A DNA stretch of 64,000 nucleotides from a virus: positions 96,001-160,000 of the IMG/VR virus record IMGVR_UViG_3300042923_000502, one strand, 5' to 3'. Shown in pieces: positions 52,394-63,600 of this stretch. Position numbers and translations under genes: made by a program. The notes under the pieces are model-generated. The model saw only the letters and a list, made by a program, of their open reading frames with translations. It did not search any database and was not told the DNA's origin. How positions within the stretch are numbered: the stretch's first letter is position 1; each line of letters opens with the position of its first letter.

Positions 52394-55300
52394 TTATCCA
52401 AATACCGCTGTTACTCCTGTGACAGTTGCTGATGAAAAATCCCATGATCCATAAGCATACGTGTTACTTCCACCTGATCTTAGGAATCCAACGTCATTGG
52501 CGCGTAATTCAGCAGACCCTATAACATTATAAACACTAAACCACTTAGAATTACTCCACCACAATTCCAAGTCTCCATAAGACTGAACTCCAGAATTAGA
52601 AAGCGTCAAATATCCAGAGCCTGCAGAATTTGATCTATATAATTTATCTACTCTAAGACTATCTACATCAATATAATTCGCATTTATCTTTCCTGCTGTT
52701 ATTTGATCCGCTTTTAACGTCCCAGTATAAACATATGTTGAACCAATTTTAGTGTAATTGATTCCCAATGAAGTTGACAAATTTTCGTTAGTATTATCTG
52801 CATTTGATGCTGGCTTTGTTCCAGTTATTACACTGTAATCAAGATTTTTACTGGTTACTTGATTCCAAGATATTGTTGCGTTTGCCCCCATATTTACGTT
52901 GCCACCAACAGTAAGAGTTTCGATCATTGCCGTTGTAATCTTAGCCGTAGAAGCATCTAATTGTTGCACTTTAATGCTATCAATCATATCTCCATCAAGT
53001 TTATTCCCCGCTATTAATTCTACTCCATTGATCTTAATTGATTTGGCGTTCAATTCTCCATCCAATACCAAGTTTCCAGTGGTTGCGCTATAATAAAGTT
53101 TTTTATCCCATGAGGTTCCGTTTTTCTTTTCAAAGCTAAATCCGTCAGTTGCATTTAATATTGTTCTTATTGTTCCATCACTTTTAGTGATTACAAGACC
53201 ATTTGTTGCATCAATTACAACACCATTGTAAGCTGTTCCCAATCCTACAGATGCATCTTTAGCTCTTTGCTCTCTAACGGAAGCTATTTTATTTATCAAA
53301 ATAGACTTTGTACTTTGAAGAGATTCGAACTTTGTCTTGATATTCGTTCTATCGGTAGACAAGATTGTTAATGGATAAGTTTTATCAATCCATTTATTTA
53401 TTTCTGTAGTCAATGATGTTAATGCATTTGAATAATTAGTTTTTTCTGTTGTTATTCCTAATGTGTTTGCTACATTAACTAAATCCGTACTTTCTGAGTT
53501 TACTTGATTAAGACTCAATTTAAGAGAGTTTGCTTCCGACAATGTAATGACGGAATCGGAAGAAAATTGGTCTATGTCAGTATTTAATTGACCTAATGCT
53601 GCGTTGATTGTTGTTACTTTACCATCAGTGTAACTTTGCGACAATGCTTGACGAACAGATGTTATCGTATTAATCAATATAGATTTAGTGTTTTGCAATG
53701 TTTCGAATTTAGTTTTAATATTTGTTCTATCCGCGCTAGTTATATTCATTGGATAGGTTTTATCAATCCATTTGTTAAGTTCGGTTGTCAATGCGGTTAA
53801 GGCATTAGAGTAATTATTTTTTTCTGCAACAATAGATAAAGAGGTTGCCACAGATATCATATTAAGACTTTCCGAATTCACTTGATTTAAACTTACCTTT
53901 AATGAATTAGCTTCTGCCAAGGTGATTATCAAGTCAGAAGAGAAACTATCTACATATTGATCAAGCGTGTTAATCGTTGAATTAACATCGGAAATTTCTT
54001 GATCAGTATAAGCATTTGACAATGCCTGACGTACAGCGGAAATTTTATTGATCAATATAGATTTAGCGTTTTGTAAAGCTTCAAATCTAGTTTTAATATT
54101 TGTTCTATCTGTTTCCAATATGTTTAACGGATATGTTTTATTGATCCACTTGTTAATTTCCGTAGTCAAATTTGTTAATGCTGTTGAATAGTTGGTTCTT
54201 TCCGCAACAATACTCAATACATTAGCTACGCTTAAAAGGTCGGAACTTTCGGATGTAACTTGATTCAAGCTTACCTTTAATGCATTAGCTTCTGCTAATG
54301 TAATAATAAGATCAGAAGAAAAGCTATCTACATATTGATCAAGGGTATTTAATGCAGAATTTACTTCTGAAATTTCTTGATCGGTATATGTTTGAGATAA
54401 AACTTGACGTATAGCCGCTATCTTATTGATAAGTACTGATTTTTTGTTTTGAATATCCGAAAATCTATCCTTTATCTCAGTTCTACTTGCTTGAGATATA
54501 GTCATTGGATATGTCTTGTCAATCCATTTGTTAAGCTCAGTTGTCAATGCGGTTAAAGATGTTACGTATGCATTTTTCTCAGCAACAATGCTCAATGAAG
54601 TTGCAGCACTAATAATGTCCGTACTTTCCGATGTTACTTGTGTCAATGAAATTTTTAAGCTATTAGCTTCAATTGATGTTATCATTCCATCACTAAGTAT
54701 TTCATTTACATTTGTTTCAAGAGTGTCAATTGCATTGTTTACCTCTGCAATATCTGTATCAATAGAGTTTAAAAAATCTTCACTCAAATTATCTCTTGTA
54801 ATACCACCAGTAATTCTCAAAGCGGTTCCCAATATGTTTACACCAGTACCATCCACAGTAAACGTTTTAGTGCCGTTAGAATCGCTTGCATCAATAACTA
54901 AGTTAGAACCTGCAAGAAGTTTTCCATAGAGTCTTTCTCCAACAATTCCATCAGCGGTTATAGCGTGTTTCCATGTATTGCCGTTATCTCCTGTAATAGC
55001 TAATACACCATTTTGAATAATGAGATATTTATTTGGATCACTTGTATTCTTTACAAGGATACCTCTTTCGTTAATTGAGATGGTGTTATTTACTCCACCT
55101 TCAATTCCTCTTTTGATTGTACTCCAAGTATTGTCAATTATTTGATTGACCTTAGAAGCTGTAGCGTCAATTCCATCCCATTTAGTACTTTTCATATCTA
55201 AAAGTGTAGAAGAACTGTTGTTCGCATAAATCATTTTAATTAACTTTTCTTCGTCTGTCATGAGGTCTTTTGTGTTAGCAATTGTTAAGTTTATATTGTC

Positions 55301-56800
55301 AGATTCAAAGTCAATTGTTATTTCAATAATTTTAGCTTCCATATTCAAATTAAGTTTTCCATATCTAATCGTTACAATATCTCCAAGATTCAATTTGTCC
55401 CAATCTCTTTGAGCTTCAACAATATTAAGGAAGTTAACAATGTCCATGTTTAAGATGACTTGAGGTTCTTTGTATTTGTCAAATTGTTTTTTAGCATCTT
55501 CATAAAGAACTTTTTCATCTATATAACTTTCATCCGAAAAATCTTTATAAATAATATAATCATTTAATTCAATTAAATTTTGTGGTGTAAAAAATACACT
55601 ATATTTAAGAGAATTCTTCAATGTTGTTATTTGGCTGTCAATTGAAGCTAATGACGTATTGATAGATGCAATCTCTGTATTCTTATTGTCAATTTGAGTT
55701 TGTTTAGATGTCTTTTGAGTAACCAATGACGTATAGTCATAGTTCATTGATTTATAGATGTCAATATTGTTATTGATAACTGCCATCTCTTCTACCAATG
55801 TAGACAATTCATTTTTTCTTGTATTTAAAGATGTTTCATATGGAGTCTTTTGGCTTAATAGAGATGAAAATTGATTTTGTTTTGACTCTGCATATTCTGT
55901 ATAATCTAAGATAGCATGGCAAAGACTATCGCTCATAAAGTCGCTATGTTTAATTACATTGTGATTGGAATCTCTTTGGAATGGATAAAGGAAGTAAGAG
56001 TAGTCTTCTAAATAGTTTTGACCATTAATATTTAGAGATTGTATAGACATACCATCTTTCCCAAATACTTTTAATCTTGTAACCATTTCGTCACTTTTAC
56101 TCTCTCTACTAAGAGATTTTAAGTAATGACCATAGTGAATAGTGAATCCACGATTTACGCCAAAATTATCTGCATTGTAGAATGACACTGTTTTTGAGAT
56201 AGTATTCCATACCAATAATGCATTTAACGTTTCCGCAATGTTAAAAATGCAATCTAACACAGTCATTGAACTAAAACTATATCCTCTATATTTTGTGGCA
56301 ATATCAGCATCTACATAGCCAAGAGTCCACAATGTTTCACTGAGAATTCCTTCAATCGAATGGTTAGTTCCAGAATCTGGATCAACAATAGTTCCACCAT
56401 TCATTACTTGATAAATGTTTAATGCATCTTCTTCGAATATTCTAATACTCTTATCCGACAACTCATATGGAAGAAGATAGCATGTTACATCCATAGAGTC
56501 TCCTTCGTTCATTGTATTCACAAGAGTAACTATTTTATACCACTCTGTTTTTCCTGCAAATACGGCTTTAATAAGATATCTTTCTTTTACGATATCTATA
56601 TGGGGATTTCTTATTAACTTTCTATTTTTACTTACCTCATACGGAAGAGTAAAAGTAATCTCATTAATATTGCCAAGCTTCAAAATCATCTTTTTATTGT
56701 ATGCTTCCGACAACTTTCCAATTATTTCACGATTTGGCTTTGCCAAGAAAAGCTCTACATTAATTGCTGGCAATGTTAAATCTATTTCACCTATAGCCAT
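52394..56800 (-). CDS. Tal / tail spike protein (prophage tail endopeptidase-like N-terminus) with four 126-aa helical repeats
   Basis: Follows Dit; MVTRLKVFGKD, LNLGDIV, AITADGIVGERL. Confidence 0.8.
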   Translation of the reverse strand: MAIGEIDLTLPAINVELFLAKPNREIIGKLSEAYNKKMILKLGNINEITFTLPYEVSKNRKLIRNPHIDIVKERYLIKAVFAGKTEWYKIVTLVNTMNEGDSMDVTCYLLPYELSDKSIRIFEEDALNIYQVMNGGTIVDPDSGTNHSIEGILSETLWTLGYVDADIATKYRGYSFSSMTVLDCIFNIAETLNALLVWNTISKTVSFYNADNFGVNRGFTIHYGHYLKSLSRESKSDEMVTRLKVFGKDGMSIQSLNINGQNYLEDYSYFLYPFQRDSNHNVIKHSDFMSDSLCHAILDYTEYAESKQNQFSSLLSQKTPYETSLNTRKNELSTLVEEMAVINNNIDIYKSMNYDYTSLVTQKTSKQTQIDNKNTEIASINTSLASIDSQITTLKNSLKYSVFFTPQNLIELNDYIIYKDFSDESYIDEKVLYEDAKKQFDKYKEPQVILNMDIVNFLNIVEAQRDWDKLNLGDIVTIRYGKLNLNMEAKIIEITIDFESDNINLTIANTKDLMTDEEKLIKMIYANNSSSTLLDMKSTKWDGIDATASKVNQIIDNTWSTIKRGIEGGVNNTISINERGILVKNTSDPNKYLIIQNGVLAITGDNGNTWKHAITADGIVGERLYGKLLAGSNLVIDASDSNGTKTFTVDGTGVNILGTALRITGGITRDNLSEDFLNSIDTDIAEVNNAIDTLETNVNEILSDGMITSIEANSLKISLTQVTSESTDIISAATSLSIVAEKNAYVTSLTALTTELNKWIDKTYPMTISQASRTEIKDRFSDIQNKKSVLINKIAAIRQVLSQTYTDQEISEVNSALNTLDQYVDSFSSDLIITLAEANALKVSLNQVTSESSDLLSVANVLSIVAERTNYSTALTNLTTEINKWINKTYPLNILETDRTNIKTRFEALQNAKSILINKISAVRQALSNAYTDQEISDVNSTINTLDQYVDSFSSDLIITLAEANSLKVSLNQVNSESLNMISVATSLSIVAEKNNYSNALTALTTELNKWIDKTYPMNITSADRTNIKTKFETLQNTKSILINTITSVRQALSQSYTDGKVTTINAALGQLNTDIDQFSSDSVITLSEANSLKLSLNQVNSESTDLVNVANTLGITTEKTNYSNALTSLTTEINKWIDKTYPLTILSTDRTNIKTKFESLQSTKSILINKIASVREQRAKDASVGLGTAYNGVVIDATNGLVITKSDGTIRTILNATDGFSFEKKNGTSWDKKLYYSATTGNLVLDGELNAKSIKINGVELIAGNKLDGDMIDSIKVQQLDASTAKITTAMIETLTVGGNVNMGANATISWNQVTSKNLDYSVITGTKPASNADNTNENLSTSLGINYTKIGSTYVYTGTLKADQITAGKINANYIDVDSLRVDKLYRSNSAGSGYLTLSNSGVQSYGDLELWWSNSKWFSVYNVIGSAELRANDVGFLRSGGSNTYAYGSWDFSSATVTGVTAVFG
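53270..54760 (-). repeat. four tandem 378-nt (126-aa) coding repeats; boundaries approximate
   Basis: ITxxEANxLKxSLxQVxSES four times; CTATCTACATATTGATCAAG at 53946 and 54324. Confidence 0.85.
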
Positions 56801-56817
56801 TTTATTTTTCTCCTTTC

Positions 56818-57591
56818 TTATTGTAATGTTCTATATTGATACCTAAAATTCAAATGACATTTTCCAGTAACTTGCAATATATTCTTACCTCTAACTAACT
56901 TTAAATAATTATTATTGAAGTTCCCATATCTATATGTATTAGCTACATCCGTTTCAATATAAGTTCCTTCGTTGTCAATATATACTGTTTCGTTATCAAT
57001 TAAAGAAGTGAATTGAAACAACCTATTCCCATCCGTTTGATTTATAATGCTTATATCACCATTGCCAACTTTTCTAATCCACATCTCAGGGTACAAAGCA
57101 ATATCTCCATCGTTAACGAACTCAAACGTAGTAGGAGCGGTTATTGTGCTAAAGTTGAGCCACCCCTTAGTTAACACTGGAGAGTATGTGTAAGGACTAT
57201 CACAACGCATCTGGAGCGTTATATATCCTTGTTTAAGACCATTGTGGATCAATTTAGGTTCATCAACCGACATACAGTAAAAGATTCTACTAGGATTTTC
57301 TACAAACCATAACGGTTTATAATAATCAGGACTAAGCCATCTTGCTACATCACGTATTAACGTGTCATCCCACGTATTTTCGAAAGCGAACGAAAGAGAT
57401 AATGTTAATGGTTCATATTCAATTCCTTGAAAATAAGGCGTATTATTACCTCTTATTTTTTGCTCTACAATACTTCTACCAGCAAGGAACGCTTCTTCGT
57501 GCATCCCGCTTTCCAAGCTAACATTATATATTCCAAAGTTTGTGCTATATTTTCCATCATAACAAAAACTAATGCTTTCCATTATTGCCAT
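56818..57591 (-). CDS. distal tail protein (Dit)
   Basis: Follows the TMP; SFCYDG.YS..FGI, WL..DYYKPL.F, CDSPY.YS. Confidence 0.85.
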   Translation of the reverse strand: MAIMESISFCYDGKYSTNFGIYNVSLESGMHEEAFLAGRSIVEQKIRGNNTPYFQGIEYEPLTLSLSFAFENTWDDTLIRDVARWLSPDYYKPLWFVENPSRIFYCMSVDEPKLIHNGLKQGYITLQMRCDSPYTYSPVLTKGWLNFSTITAPTTFEFVNDGDIALYPEMWIRKVGNGDISIINQTDGNRLFQFTSLIDNETVYIDNEGTYIETDVANTYRYGNFNNNYLKLVRGKNILQVTGKCHLNFRYQYRTLQ

Positions 57592-57639
57592 TCTATTTCC
57601 TCCTTATAAGAAATAGAGGGGATTTCTCCCCTCTTTCAA

Positions 57640-60600
57640 TTATCTTTTTTGACCCAACTTCTTAATAGCATTTACGATTCTTGAAGCAACCGTATCCGCT
57701 CCTTTTTCATCTCCAATAACGCTATCAATGTTGATGTTATAAGTGTTTCCACCAGTAGTAACAACATTTGATCCAAGGGATGAAACAAGCTTTCCAAGGT
57801 TAGGAATAAATTTGCTTTGGATATTTGTAGATGGTGACATTAATTCATCTTTAAGGGCTAACACAACTTGCTCATTAGCATCTGTATTCATGAATTGTTC
57901 TACCGTTTTTGTTAACGCATTTCCATTGCCACCAACAATACCGCCTTTGTGAAGCACTTGCACTCCGCTCTTGTCGTACCAATGTCCATCTGCTTTTTTC
58001 GTTAATCCAATGCTTGCTCCAAGTTTTTCGTTTAACGCAACAAGTTCTTTTTGTCTATCTTTACTTGCTGTATGCCACTCTTGCGCATTTGCTTTCATTT
58101 GAGCAATTACGGAACTATAATTGCTACTTGTTGCTGTACCGCCATAAAGCGGATTGCCATTTGAATCTAACCATACACCGCCACTTGTTTTTGTTGCTCC
58201 AATACTTTCACCAAGAGCATTGTTAGCAGCTTCAAGAGCTTTCTTTTCTTCCGATGTAGCGGTTGCCCATTTAGCTGAGTTAGCTTGCATCTCAGCGACA
58301 ATAGAAGCTTCGTTTCTTATCATCTTTAAGTTGTCAATTACTTCTTTAAGTTTGACAGTGACGTTATCATATATTGTTTGACCAAGAAGAGGAAGATTTG
58401 TATCAAACCATCCTTTAAGTCCTCCCAATTTAGATTGAATTTCTGTAATATTACCAGACTCAATATCCTTTTTGAGATTTGACCAATATATCTCATTGTT
58501 TGCAATGTTTTCAAAATAGTCGTTTGCATTATCTTTGTAGTCCTCAATGATGTCTTTCATTTCATCGTAAGACTTTCCGGTAATAGTGACCATTTGTTGT
58601 GTCTTTGCATCCCAAAGCTCAACGCTCATTGTCCAAGCTTCTTTTTCCGCTTCTGCCTTTTCTTCTAAAGCTGTTTTTTGATTTTCTAAATCTGTTTTTT
58701 GAGCTTCAAGAGAATGATCATCTTTCATGCCTTGAATCTGTTCGTCAATGTCATTTCTTTGTTCAAGAAGCGTCTTTAATTGTGCCTTACCTTCTCTTGA
58801 ATCATCCATAGAAAGACGATTGATTTTGTCTTGAAGTTCTTGACGCTCTTTGATCTTATCGTTTAAACTCTTTTGATAGTCGTTTTCAGACTTGTCAAAT
58901 TCAAGTTGTTTAATCTTGCTATCAATTATCTTTTGATCAGCTTCAAGTTTTTCGTCAATTCGATCCATTTCTTTTTCATGAGCTTTTTCCAGAGCTTCAT
59001 CTTGTTCTTCAATTGCATCAATGATTGCATCTTTTTGTTTCTCGTACATCTCTTTAAGAAGATCAATTGCTTTGTCAGCAACGTTTTCATTAAAATCTTT
59101 TAGTGCATTTGTAGATTGTACGATTGCTCCTTCAATATCCCACCATGTAATAGAAAGCTCTTTCAATTTATTTTTGTAATTATTTACTTGTTCAACTGAA
59201 AGTTTGTGGCTTTTCTCATTTTCTTTTAGGATAGCACGAATTGCTGTTGCTTCGTTTTCAGTGGCTTTTTTAAGTTTTTGGTTTATGGCTATCTGTTTTT
59301 GTATTTCGTTTCTATACTCCTTTGATTCTTGATCATAAGTAGCAAGTCTAGCGGTAGACATAGAAAGTTCGTTATTAATACTTGAAATAGATTCTTCATA
59401 TTTGATAAGAGAATTGTCTGCCATTTGGTCATTGATAGCGGTTATTTGATCTTGTGCATCTCTCCAAGCTTGGCTAAGTTCTAGTGTTTTTTGCGTCAAA
59501 TCATCAGATTCAATTCCAGAATTACGAATTAATTCTGCTTCATCATGCATAAGTTTTTGTTTAGCTTCTAATTGCGTTATTTGATTTTTTAATTCCGTAT
59601 TGTATTTAGGAGAATTAGGATCAAGTCTAGCCATCTTGTAATCTGATTGACTAATAGATTCATCTTTACTTGCAAGTTGATTTTCGTATTGAGCCAAGTA
59701 ACTATCAAGAATATCTCTATTTCCAGCAAATATTTCGGCATCTACATCAATAAGTTGCTTTTCGATGTTTTTAGATGCATCTTCAATGGCTTTAGAATCC
59801 TTGGTGTTTGTTGTAGTGCTAGTAGTCTTTGTTGAACTTGTAGTATTAGTATTACTGCTCTTAGCTCCAGAACCCTTTTGTGCATAGTCAACTACTTTAG
59901 GAACGTAATTAAGTGTTTCAGATTTAAAGATATTGTCTCCTACACTACGATTCAACTTAGCGGTATCTGCCTTAGCATTTTTCAAGACATTCCAATCTTT
60001 ACTTCCAGTTACTTTCATAGCCCAATCTACGTATCCAGGACCAGCATTGTAAGCTGCTAATGCAAGCTCATAAGAACCATATTTATCATACATCTGACTA
60101 AGATATTTAGCTCCACCATTTGCGGATTGTGTTGGATCATAAACATTTGTTACGCCAAGTCCTTTAGCTGTTTTTGGCATTAATTGCATTAATCCAGCAG
60201 CTCCAGCACCACTTTTCGCATTTGGATTATAGCTTGACTCAGCCCATGCAATAGCGTCCAATATAGAAGCATCTACGCCATTATTGTTTGCTGCTTGTGT
60301 AATTATGTCTTTAATGTTTCCGCTTGACTTCACACCAGTTCCAGACTTGAAGTTAGTACTTGTAAATGTTGAATTCGTTGTTGTCGTAGTAGCAGGAACT
60401 AATAAAGAAGGATTCTTAGCGGCTTCAAGAAGCAACTTTTTCTTGTCTTCTAATAGTTTAATTTCTTTTCTTACAGATTCTCTATATTCTTTAGAAGACT
60501 TGGCATACATTTGCTGTTGAGAATTAAGTTTATCTAAAGCTGAATCAACATCATTTATTGCCTTTTGAAGTTTGGTTACTGATTCCGTTGTTTCTTCCGT

Positions 60601-63600
60601 AGCATCTCCAAGAATCTCAAGCGAATCTGCACCAAATTGTGCTTGATTTTTTAAATCTTCAAGCGTCTTAACAAAGTCAGCTAAAGTCTTTCCATCTTCT
60701 GTTAAGCTCTCTACAAGATCGCCTTCGTTCATTTTGCGTGCCAAGTACACCATTTGAGCGGTCTTTGTGTTGATAATATCAAGTGCTTCTCCAACACTTT
60801 GTATGGCATTTACTTCAATTCCATACGCTTCAAGTTTTGCAACTAACGCAGAGTTTTGACTAATAACACTTTGTCTTTGCGCTACACCTTCATCTCTTAC
60901 AGCTTGAATCAAAGCAAGTCGTTTTTCTTCAACCGCTTTGGTATTCATTTTTATTACGCCATTTTCGATCTTGAACATACTAACAAGAGAAGAGTCCTTG
61001 GCAATCAAATCCATTACGGTATCTGCGCTAAGAGCTTTACCTTCTGCATTAGCTTGCAACAATCCATTTAAAGATTGGACAACCGAAGATGTGTCATCGT
61101 ATTTTTCCTTTAATGCGTCTAACGATGTTGCAAAAGAATTTATGTTAACTCCAGCATTTTTGGCATCATCTGCAATTTCAGGGAATACTTTTTCTCCACC
61201 AGACATAGCTTCGACTATCTTTGAAAAAGTTTGAGAACTTAATCCAATTTGACTAGCAAATTGATCATAAATTTTCGTTTGTTTTTCTGTTATATCCATG
61301 TTCTTATATTGATCAGTACTAAGTACGTTCAATATTTCCTTGAATTTCATGACGTTATCAGTGCTATATTCTATTCCATTATCAACGAAAAGGGATTTGA
61401 GTTGATCAGTAGATCGAACGCCAATTTCTTCTAACTTTTTATAGTAGTCTTCTAAATAATCAACTTGACCATCAAAAGTAATAAAGCTTTGACCATCCAT
61501 TTGACCAACAACGTCTGCCAATGTTTCTGCAAACTTTCTTTGCTCATTTGTAACAGACTTACCAGCTTCTTCAAGTCTAGTATTGTACTCTACTTTTATA
61601 GCATTGATTCTATCAGCAGTTGCTGAATCTAGTTCGGATTTGCTCTTTTCAAGTTCAGTCAATACCTTTGTTTTCGCTCTATTTATTTCTTCAATATCTG
61701 TTTCAACTTCTACTGGTACTGTTTCCCCAAATGAAGTTGGCACATTTACAGTTCTTGTTTTCTTTCCGTTTAAATACTCTTTTTCTTGTTCTTGCAACTC
61801 TAATAAAGCCTTTTGATTTTCTTCATAAGAAGCTTTTTTATCATTAATGTTTTTGGTATTGTCGGAATAATTCCCTACAACCTTGGCTTTATTAAGCTCG
61901 TTTTGAACCTTAATGAGATCAGTTAAAATTTCAATTCTATCTTCAATAGCGGATTGACTATTAACATATGAATTACCCTCTGCATCAACTCCAGTTGCGG
62001 TTACTCCATATGTTTTGACAAGCTCATTTTGTATGTCAAGCAATCTATTTTTTTGTTCAATAGTCTTGTCTTCTGTAGCCATCAGAGTATTGTATTCATC
62101 TCTAAGAGCTTTCAACCCTGTTCTTTGTTCCATGTAACTATCTCTAAGGCTATAGTTTACGGTTTTAAGTTCCTTTACGGCTTCCTTGTGCTTCTGAACC
62201 ATTTCAATGACTTTTTGAATCGCAAATCCAGCAGCAAATATAACTAACATTGGAGTTACAGCAGCAAGTGCTATTTTAAGTCCATTAAGAGATACCTTTA
62301 AAACATTTATAGCTCCGGCTGTTGTGGTCATTGAAACCGCAGCTTCTTTTAATCTTAATCCAAGGAATTGTGTTTCATAAGAAATCTTTTTAAATAAAGC
62401 TACACTTGGAATCATTGCTCCATAAATTCCGGTTCTAAACGCTTTACTAAATATTAAAGCGGCAGTAGTTGCGATTCCTAACACTATTGGGAATAATCCA
62501 AATTGCTCAACGGCAGAATTAATGGTTTGACCCAATGTTGTTATCATATCAATTACATTTCTAATTCCTTCGGAATCGAATGAAGATTGGAAGATTTCAT
62601 TCCAAGCATTCTTCATTCTTGTTAAATGAGCTTCTGTTCCTTCTTGATATTTATTAAACTTCTCAGTAGCTGTACCCGCTGAATCAAGAGATGCTTCGTA
62701 CAATGCAACAGATTCTGGATAACCTTCCATGATGTTTAAGAAACGTGATTGTTGGTATGATCCAGCAACAGTTGTAGCCAAATAATTCTTTTGACGGTTT
62801 GTTAAGGAACCCCATTTAGCACCAAGTTCATCCATTACCGTACCAAAGTTACGGAAGTTTCCTTGAGTGTCTATAAGTTGTATTCCAACTTGAGCCAATG
62901 CTTTAGATACTTGGTTTACTTGTGTTCCATCTTCTTCGTCAAAACCATTTTCTCTTAATGATTGCACACGTGCGATAATCGACTTAACGCTGTTACCAAT
63001 TGTAGAAGCACTTTCACGTGTTCTAGATGAAATTGTTGCAATCCATGAAGAAACTTTTTCAAACTCAAGACCAATTGCACCAGCAGTACCACCTACTTTT
63101 TGCATTGCAACACCAATTTCATCAGCGCCAGTAGCCGTAGCATCACCCATGTATGAGTAAATATCCGCAGCACGTTCAGCACTTACACCCATTGAGTTTA
63201 CCGTAGCCGTAAGAATTTGTGCCGATTGGTTAAAGTCCATATTTGAGATTTTTGCATACATTGTTGCAACTCTCATTTTGTCCATCATTTCCGCGCCTTT
63301 AAGACCTTGACGCGCAAACTCTACCGCACCATTCGCAATCTCTTCTGTTGAAATGCTCATTGCCATTCCAAGTTCGTAGAATTGTTTAGAGTACTTTTCA
63401 ACTTCTGATTGACTTTGATTGAATACAATCGAAAGCTGAGTCAATGCTTTGTTGAAGTCGTTTACATATGCTATTCCATCCGTAAAGAAGTGAAGGGATT
63501 GATAGAAAGCAGTCATACCAATCATCCAGATCGGAATTCTTGACATTGCTGTTTTAAGTTGATCCATAAAGCTCAAATTAGCTTTCTTTGCTTCTGTTAT

